Assembly: GCA_035280185.1 (NCBI GenBank)
Contig: DATEGH010000116.1
Location: 1-51,158 of the forward strand
Source of the DNA: Terriglobales bacterium
Lineage (GTDB): Bacteria; Acidobacteriota; Terriglobia; Terriglobales; Acidobacteriaceae
Length of the DNA: 51,158 nucleotides
Direction: 5' to 3'
The position numbers were made by a program, and so were the translations under genes. Below are positions 45,601 to 51,158 of the stretch, piece after piece; position 1 is the first letter of the stretch; each line of letters begins with the position of its first letter. The notes under the pieces are model-generated. The model was not told the origin of the DNA. It saw only the letters and a program-made list of their open reading frames with translations, and did not search any database.

Positions 45601-48600
45601 CTCTGACGGTGAACGTGGCCAACGCGACGCGTGCCTACGGCGATCCGAATCCGTCATTCACTGGAACGATTGTCGGCATCAAGAACGGTGACAACATCAC
45701 GGCCACCTACAGCACGACCGCGACCATCACCAGCCCGGTTGGGAATTACCCAATCACGGCGACTCTCTCTGATAACGGCACGGGCGCGCTGGCGAACTAC
45801 ACTATCACCATCAACAATGGCACGCTGACGGTTACTCCCGCCGCCCTGGTCGTGACTGCGAACAACGCAGCCCGGCTCTATGGCGATCCGAATCCGCCAT
45901 TCAGCGGCACCATCGCCGGCATCAAGAACGGCGACAACATCACCGCGATTTACACGACTCCGGCAACACCAACCAGCCCCATCGGCAGCTATCCGATTAT
46001 TCCTACGCTGACGGACAATGGCACCGGCGCGCTGGCGAACTATGTTGTCACGGCCAACAACGGATCGTTGACGGTTAGCGCTGCACCTCTCACCGTGACC
46101 GCAGCTGATGCGACGCGTCCGTATGGCCAGCCGAACCCGGTGTTCACCGGCACGATTGTCGGAATCAAGAACAACGAGAACATCACTGCCACCTATAGCA
46201 CCGCTGCAACCGTGACCAGCCCGGCGGGAACGTACCCAATCGTGCCCACGGTTTCTGACAACGGCACCGGCGTGCTGGGCAACTATTCCGTCACTCTCGT
46301 GAACGGAACTCTCACCGTGACGCAGGCAGTTCTTACCGTTACGGCAAACAGCGCCAGCAGGCTCTATGGCGATCCCAACCCGGCCTTCACCGGAACGATT
46401 ACGGGAATCGTAAACGGCGATAACATCACCGCGACTTACGCGAGCGCCGCTGATCCAACCAGCCCGGTGGGAACGTATCCAATCGTGCCCACGCCTTCTG
46501 ATAACGGAACCGGCGCGCTGGCCAACTACAGTGTGGTGCTCGTCAATGGCGTTCTGACTGTGAATCCCGCGCCGCTGACCGTAACAGTGGCGAGCGTGAG
46601 CCGTGTCTATGGCGATCCCAACCCGGTGTTCAGCGCCACGATTGTCGGCATCAAGAACGCTGACAACATCACGGCTTCGCTGACCACAACTGCAGACCCA
46701 ACCAGCGCAATCGGAACCTACCCAATCGTGGCCACACTGGTTGATCCCACGAGCAAGCTGGGCAACTACACAGTAACGATCAACAACGGCACGCTGACCA
46801 TCACTGCTGCTCCGCTGAGCGTTACGGCCGGCAATGCCAGCCGTCTCTTCGGAACGGTAAATCCGCCGCTGAGCGGCATCATCCTGGGAATCAAGAACGC
46901 TGATGCCATTTCGGCGACGTATGCCACAACCGCTGTCGCTACCAGCCCCGTGGGAACGTATCCCATTACGCCTACGCTGGTTGACCCGGCAGGCAAGCTC
47001 GCCAATTACACCGTCACGTCCAACAACGGAACTCTGACGGTGAACGCAGCGCCGACAGCAAACTTCGTCTTCGTCAACAACCAGGCTGCAACCGGCAACA
47101 GCATCAACGGCTACTCAGTCGCGGCTGATGGCTCGCTGACCGCGCTGGCCGGTTCGCCTATTGCCGCCGGTGGACTCGGCGCCAACGCTGTCTGCTCCTC
47201 GGTGAATCGTTTGGCCCTGAGCGCCGGCAACAATCTGCTGTTTGTTTCCAACGGCGGCGACCAGACCATCAGCGCCTTCCAGATCAATCCTGCAACCGGC
47301 GCGTTAACCGCAGCGGGAGCGCCTGTTGCCTCTGGCTTGACGCTCGATGCATGCTCCGGCATCTCGCTGGCGGCGACACCTGACGGCCAGTACCTGATGG
47401 CCTCCAGCAACGGCCAGATCAAGACCTTCAGCATCGGCGCAGGTGGAGTGCTCACGGCTGTTTCGACTGCTGCGAACTCGGCTCTGCCCAACGCGGCGAT
47501 GAAGATCTCCGCCAACGGAAAGTTCCTGGCGGTCTCGAACCAGACCAGCGTTTCCGTTTACGCTATCAACGGCGATGGTTCGCTGACTGCGGTCGCGGGC
47601 TCGCCCTTCGCCGAGACCGGCACGGCGACTCTCGCCGGGCTCGACTTCAGCTCCACCAGCGGCCTGCTCTTCGGTGCAGAAGCCAGCGCAACTTCCTCAC
47701 TGGCTGACGCGTGGACCGTCGCAGCGAACGGCGCGCTTGCCGCGGTTACGGGCAGCCCGTTCAGCATCGGCGCGATCAACTCCAGCACCGTTCTCCTAAG
47801 CCCGAATGATGCCTTCCTGTTCGCCGCCAATCAGGGCAGCAGCAGCGTGAGCGCATTCAGCGTGGCGGGCGGAAGCCTCACCAGCATCGGCAGCTTCGGC
47901 AGCGCAGCTTCACTGCATGCTCCTGTGGGCTTGGCGACCGACCGCTCCGGCACTCTGCTCTACGTGGCGGATGACACCTTCGGCGTGGCAGTGTTCCAGG
48001 TGGGACTCACCGGTTCGCTCTCGCAACTTGGCGACACCGCCATCAGCGGCGCAGGCCAGGTGCAGGCGCTGGTTGCCTATCCGCCGCGCATGACCAGCTC
48101 GGCTGACATGAGCGTCAGCGTCACCGCAGCTTCGCCCAATGTCGTGGCCGGTCTGAACGTGACCTACACGATTACCGTGACCAACAACGGAGCTGATCCG
48201 GCTTCGGCGACTGTGAGCGATACGCTGCCCACAGGCTTCAGCGTGGTTTCCTGCGCGGCAACCGGCAACGGCGCGTGCATCGGCAACACCGGCGCGGCCA
48301 GCTTCTATCTGTTGCAGAGCGGCGAAACACAGACTGTAACCCTCGTGGCGCAGACCAGCCTCTCGATTCCGGATGGAACTATCGCGACCAACACCGTCAA
48401 CATCAGCAACAGCTCGGCGATTGATCCCAACGCGGCGAACAACTCAGCCAGCGTAAATGTCACAGTCGCCCAGCCGATCACCACAGTTACCACCGTTGCG
48501 GCAGCCAGCGGGATTTACGGCGGCAGCACGACTCTTTCCGCCACGCTGAAAGACACACTCGGCAATCCAATCGCAGGCAAGACGCTCAGCTTCTCGCTGA

Positions 48601-51158
48601 ATGGCGTCTCGGTCGGCAGCGCTGTAACTGACGCAACCGGCTCAGCCTCAGTGCCTGCCAGCCTGGTGGGTATCGCGGCCGGCACGCACGCCGGAGCCAT
48701 CGCGGCCGCTTTTGCCGGAGATCCCAACAACAAAGCTTCAAATGGCGCAGCAGACCTGACCATCACTCCCGCGGTCCTGACCGTTACTGCGACTGATGCG
48801 AGCAGGCTCTACGGCGATGCGAATCCAACCTTCGCCTTCACCTTCTCCGGATTCGTCAATGGCGAAACCTCAGCCGTCCTCACGGGCAGCCCGGCCTGCA
48901 CCACTACGGCCGATCCGACCAGCGTTGTGGGAACTTACCCCATCACCTGCTCCATCGGAACGCTCGCGGCGGCGAACTACACGTTCACCTTCGTCAATGG
49001 GACCCTGACCATTACCCAGGCCCCGTTGACCGTCACAGCGGCCAACGTAAGCCGGCTCTATGGCGATCCTAACCCAACGTTCACAGGAACCATTACCGGC
49101 ATCAAGAACGCTGACAACATCACCGCTGTTTATGCCACCACAGCCACGGTGACGAGTTTGGTGGGAACGTATCCCATCACTCCCGGATTGGTTGATCCCG
49201 CAGGTAAGCTGGGCAACTACGCGGTGACTTCCAATAACGGAACGTTGACCGTGACGCCCGCGCCTTTGACGGTAACCGCCGCCAATGCGACGCGCGCGTT
49301 CGGCGCGGCCAACCCGGTCTTCACCGGCTCGATCGCGGGCATCAAGAACGCTGACAACATCAGCGCCACCTACAGCACGACGGCGACTGCCACCAGCCCG
49401 GTGGGAAGCTATCCCATCACGCCTGCACTGGTTGATCCCACGGGCAAGCTGGGCAACTACGCGGTGACTTTAGTGAACGGCACCCTCACGGTCACCAACT
49501 CTGTGCTGACCGTGACCGCGGCCAACGCATCGCGGCTGTACGGCGATGCCAACCCCGTGTTCACCGGCACCATCACGGGAATCCAGAACGGTGACAACAT
49601 CACTGCCACCTATGCCAGCACAGCTACGCCAACCAGCGCCGTGGGAACTTATGCCATTGTGCCCACGCTGTCTGACAATGGCACCGGCGCTCTGGCCAAC
49701 TACACGGTAGTGGTCAACAACGGAACTCTGACCGTAAACCAAGCTCCGTTGACGGTGACGGCGGCGAACGCCAGCCGTCTCTACGGTGCAGCGAACCCGG
49801 CCTTCACCGGAACCATTACCGGCTTGAAGAACACCGATAACATTACAGCCACTTACGCCACCACGGCGACGGCGGCCAGCAACGCGGGAACCTATCCCAT
49901 CACGCCCACGCTGGTTGATCCCGCCGGCGTGCTGCCCAACTATGCTGTCACCATCACCAATGGAACTCTCACCGTGACCCAGGCTCCGCTGAGCGTCACG
50001 GCGGCGAACGCCTCGCGCGTGTACGGTGACGCGAATCCGACCTTCACTGGAACCATTACCGGCTTGCTGAACGGGGACGTGATCACGGCCACCTACAGCA
50101 CCACGGCAACTCCGGCGAGCGCAGTCGGGACCTATGCCATTACTCCAACCCTGGTTGATCCGAACGGCAAGCTGGGCAACTACGCGGTGACTTCCAATAA
50201 CGGAACGTTGACGGTGACGCCCGCGCCCTTGACGGTAACCGCCGCCAATGCGACGCGCGCGTTCGGCGCAGCCAACCCGGTCTTCACCGGCTCGATCGCG
50301 GGCATCAAGAACGCTGACAACATCAGCGCCACCTACAGCACCACGGCGACTGCCACCAGTCCGGTGGGAAGCTATCCCATCACGCCCGCACTGGTTGATC
50401 CCACGGGCAAGCTGGGCAACTACGCGGTGACTTTAGTGAACGGCAGCCTCACGGTCACCAACTCCGTGCTGACGGTAACGGCCGCGAACGCCAGCCGCTT
50501 CTATGGCGATGCCAACCCCGTGTTCACCGGCACCATCACGGGAATCCAGAACGGTGACAACATCACTGCCACCTATGCCAGTGCGGCCAGCGCAACCAGC
50601 GTTCCTGGCGCATACGCCATCGTGCCCACGCTTTCTGACAACGGTACCGGCGCTCTGGCCAACTACACGATCGTAGTCAACAACGGCGTGCTCACGGTAA
50701 ATGCTGCACCTCTGACGGTTACGGCAGCGAACGCCACCCGTCTCTACGGCGCGGCGAATCCGGCCTTCACTGGCACCATCACTGGACTGAAAAACGGTGA
50801 TGCTATTACTGCTTCCTACACCACCGTTGCCGATCCGACAAGCACCGTCGGCAGCTACCGGATTACTCCGGTCCTCAGCGACCCAACCAACAAACTCAGC
50901 AACTATGCTGTCACGCTGGTGAACGGGACCCTTACGGTCGCTCAGGCTCCTCTCACCGCCACGGCCAACAACGCGACGCGCGTCTATGGCGATCCCAACC
51001 CGGCGTTCACCGGAACCATCACCGGCCTGGTGAACGGCGATAACATCACCTTCGGAGCCACCAGCGCAGCTCCAACGGCTGCGGTCGGAACTTACCCGAT
51101 CGTACCCGCGCTGGTTGATCCCAACGGCAAGCTGGTGAACTACACGCTGACTTCGAAC
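42684..51158 (+). CDS. giant secreted repeat protein, 3'-partial (>=2,825 codons): 2 x [lactonase-type beta-propeller / DUF11-like / Ig-like / MBG array]
   Basis: ATG at 42684 with GGGGAGG at 42671-42677. My translation of this frame stayed open to the last base of the window. Signal peptide ...FPSSALAQT. Absent from the ORF track because no stop codon is reached. Confidence 0.9.
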   Translation, partial: MRAANNIFVSKTQTATARIFKAGAYSLLAVLLLVAFVFPSSALAQTSYVYVNNQTSSNAVSIYRASATGSLSAVGTPVLTGGLGANVVCYGLNRIALSQTNNLLFVANTGDRTITAFQINPATGTLTRTAGSPFPSGLTADSCQGFSLAVTPDGQFLMASSNGQIRTFSVAANGALTFLSSTANCCSPNSGMTISPDGRLLAVSNETSVSMFSISGGVLTPVLGSPFPRTGTGNISGLDFSCAADRLYAGEATGSPAQADGWTVDLNGALTPAPLSPFQSSGSNSNMVVYSPDNTLIFQSNQFSNSINSFVVNPDGSLTNAGKFGGSTQVHTPVGMATDATGTFLFVADDSFGVAAFRIGNGGVLAWLSDLAISRPGEIQDLAVYPARSCASADLALTMTAVPNPAPSGAPIQYTLNITNNGTPAASAVVADTLPPTLSAGGSAQIANPSGAQRVNTVSGTTVSGVVTITTTVPHQLVAGQTVTVASVPAPTTPNPIQQGFFLTDPGFNGVVKIVSVPSPTSFTYNQTLQLSQFPKPSLNIVASTGAQRLAGTVTITATVPFQLTPGTLMTIAGVANTSFDGTFAVASQPSPTTFTYAQAGLDAVSGGGTATAPVNVPATDVAGGGSMSSAACQVTLGTGTCGTASFAPRPPIVTAVRASNVVTITTPVPHQLFPGQKITIQGVTDTTFNGTFTIVDTPSATTFTYNQTAADASSKGGAVLAAATTAQLITFNALRAGETRTALITATSSSTVANGTVISNTAAITNKSVVDPNPANNSATVDVTIGAASGTSLTVPTATGPYGGVAVVSAILKDSTGAPIAGETIGINFNQNNSQYNAITDGTGTATVSVPLGFTTVGTHAAAFTATFGGDATHSASSATGDLIVTKAQLTVTADNQARLYGDPNPPLTYTITGFVNGDTIAVVSGAADCSTTATLTSPVGAYPITCTIGTLAAQNYVFVFVPGTLTVNPAPLTVNVANATRAYGDPNPSFTGTIVGIKNGDNITATYSTTATITSPVGNYPITATLSDNGTGALANYTITINNGTLTVTPAALVVTANNAARLYGDPNPPFSGTIAGIKNGDNITAIYTTPATPTSPIGSYPIIPTLTDNGTGALANYVVTANNGSLTVSAAPLTVTAADATRPYGQPNPVFTGTIVGIKNNENITATYSTAATVTSPAGTYPIVPTVSDNGTGVLGNYSVTLVNGTLTVTQAVLTVTANSASRLYGDPNPAFTGTITGIVNGDNITATYASAADPTSPVGTYPIVPTPSDNGTGALANYSVVLVNGVLTVNPAPLTVTVASVSRVYGDPNPVFSATIVGIKNADNITASLTTTADPTSAIGTYPIVATLVDPTSKLGNYTVTINNGTLTITAAPLSVTAGNASRLFGTVNPPLSGIILGIKNADAISATYATTAVATSPVGTYPITPTLVDPAGKLANYTVTSNNGTLTVNAAPTANFVFVNNQAATGNSINGYSVAADGSLTALAGSPIAAGGLGANAVCSSVNRLALSAGNNLLFVSNGGDQTISAFQINPATGALTAAGAPVASGLTLDACSGISLAATPDGQYLMASSNGQIKTFSIGAGGVLTAVSTAANSALPNAAMKISANGKFLAVSNQTSVSVYAINGDGSLTAVAGSPFAETGTATLAGLDFSSTSGLLFGAEASATSSLADAWTVAANGALAAVTGSPFSIGAINSSTVLLSPNDAFLFAANQGSSSVSAFSVAGGSLTSIGSFGSAASLHAPVGLATDRSGTLLYVADDTFGVAVFQVGLTGSLSQLGDTAISGAGQVQALVAYPPRMTSSADMSVSVTAASPNVVAGLNVTYTITVTNNGADPASATVSDTLPTGFSVVSCAATGNGACIGNTGAASFYLLQSGETQTVTLVAQTSLSIPDGTIATNTVNISNSSAIDPNAANNSASVNVTVAQPITTVTTVAAASGIYGGSTTLSATLKDTLGNPIAGKTLSFSLNGVSVGSAVTDATGSASVPASLVGIAAGTHAGAIAAAFAGDPNNKASNGAADLTITPAVLTVTATDASRLYGDANPTFAFTFSGFVNGETSAVLTGSPACTTTADPTSVVGTYPITCSIGTLAAANYTFTFVNGTLTITQAPLTVTAANVSRLYGDPNPTFTGTITGIKNADNITAVYATTATVTSLVGTYPITPGLVDPAGKLGNYAVTSNNGTLTVTPAPLTVTAANATRAFGAANPVFTGSIAGIKNADNISATYSTTATATSPVGSYPITPALVDPTGKLGNYAVTLVNGTLTVTNSVLTVTAANASRLYGDANPVFTGTITGIQNGDNITATYASTATPTSAVGTYAIVPTLSDNGTGALANYTVVVNNGTLTVNQAPLTVTAANASRLYGAANPAFTGTITGLKNTDNITATYATTATAASNAGTYPITPTLVDPAGVLPNYAVTITNGTLTVTQAPLSVTAANASRVYGDANPTFTGTITGLLNGDVITATYSTTATPASAVGTYAITPTLVDPNGKLGNYAVTSNNGTLTVTPAPLTVTAANATRAFGAANPVFTGSIAGIKNADNISATYSTTATATSPVGSYPITPALVDPTGKLGNYAVTLVNGSLTVTNSVLTVTAANASRFYGDANPVFTGTITGIQNGDNITATYASAASATSVPGAYAIVPTLSDNGTGALANYTIVVNNGVLTVNAAPLTVTAANATRLYGAANPAFTGTITGLKNGDAITASYTTVADPTSTVGSYRITPVLSDPTNKLSNYAVTLVNGTLTVAQAPLTATANNATRVYGDPNPAFTGTITGLVNGDNITFGATSAAPTAAVGTYPIVPALVDPNGKLVNYTLTSN
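42822..43859 (+). other. beta-propeller module A (lactonase-like)
   Basis: YVYVNNQTSSNAVSIY..., LLFVANTGDRTITAFQINPATGTL, TPDGQFLMASSNGQIRTFSV, SPDGRLLAVSN..VSMFSI blade pattern. Confidence 0.7.
44019..44864 (+). repeat. three copies of an unassigned ~50-aa core repeat inserted in DUF11-like domain A
   Basis: VTITTTVPHQLVAGQTVTV...SPTSFTYNQT / VTITATVPFQLTPGTLMTIAGVANTSFDGTFAV..PSPTTFTYAQA / VTITTPVPHQLFPGQKITIQGVTDTTFNGTFTIVDTPSATTFTYNQT. Confidence 0.75.
45345..47045 (+). repeat. MBG-type (YG-x-PNP) domain array A, 7 units of ~240 bp
   Basis: Each unit has LTVTA.NA.R.YGDPNP.FTGTI.GI.NGDNITA.Y.T.A..TSPVG.YPI.P.L.D......NY.V...NGTLTV. Confidence 0.85.
47061..48101 (+). other. beta-propeller module B (paralogous to module A)
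   Basis: FVFVNNQAATGNSINGY..., LLFVSNGGDQTISAFQINPATGAL, TPDGQYLMASSNGQIKTFSI. Roughly half the residues are identical to module A by eye. Confidence 0.7.
48765..51158 (+). repeat. MBG-type domain array B, >=10 units, continues beyond the window
   Basis: Same ~80-aa unit as array A. Units 3-4 and 7-8 are near-identical at the DNA level (963-bp offset). Confidence 0.85.

Noticed and set aside
43034-50430. About 20 short ORFs on both strands within 43-50.4 kb, including twin ORFs 49285-49467 and 50248-50430
   Set aside because: All lie inside the giant plus-strand frame that starts at 42684. They are antisense or off-frame products of a repetitive Thr/Ala/Gly/Asn-rich gene. The twins simply mirror the 963-bp duplication.
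1-51158. Mobile elements, prophage or defence islands
   Set aside because: No integrase, transposase, reverse transcriptase, Cas, restriction, toxin-antitoxin or phage structural motifs were recognised in any frame. The only nuclease is a secreted S1/P1-type enzyme in an ordinary context.

Overview
GC-rich bacterial chromosomal window. Gene content and protein sequences look Acidobacteriota-like, but that is inference only. All calls were made by eye from sequence motifs with no searches run, and domain boundaries are about +-30 nt.

- 1-10.2 kb: distal spc and alpha ribosomal-protein operons (rpsH-rplF-rplR-rpsE-rpmD-rplO-secY-adk-map-infA-rpmJ-rpsM-rpsK-rpsD-rpoA-rplQ), closed by a clean terminator. 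Nine of the 15 gene junctions are 70-247 nt long and filled with AT-rich, roughly 7-nt word repeats arranged as inverted repeats.
- 10.3-18.1 kb: tightly packed plus-strand housekeeping genes (GNAT, ggt, sugar-phosphate isomerase-like, asnS, arginase, a secreted hypothetical, ddl).
- 18.1-22.4 kb, minus strand: HlyD adaptor, ABC ATPase and two FtsX/MacB-type permeases.
- 22.6-33.2 kb: mixed genes (S1/P1 nuclease, RibD_C-type reductase, DinB-like, membrane protein, DUF305 + LVIVD beta-propeller pair, Ser/Thr kinase, pgsA, small hypothetical, OM beta-barrel, NRDE protein).
- 33.2-51.2 kb: the most unusual part. A 616-bp AT-rich leader precedes an expanded di-haem CCP/MauG-family protein that appears co-transcribed with two large secreted proteins of unknown function. 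A strong terminator follows. Then come a small secreted protein and a giant repeat protein with at least 2,825 codons. This giant ORF runs off the 3' end and is missing from the supplied ORF track. It is built as two tandem copies of beta-propeller / DUF11-like / Ig-like / MBG array.

No rRNA, tRNA, CRISPR, transposase, integrase, reverse transcriptase or recognisable defence genes were seen.
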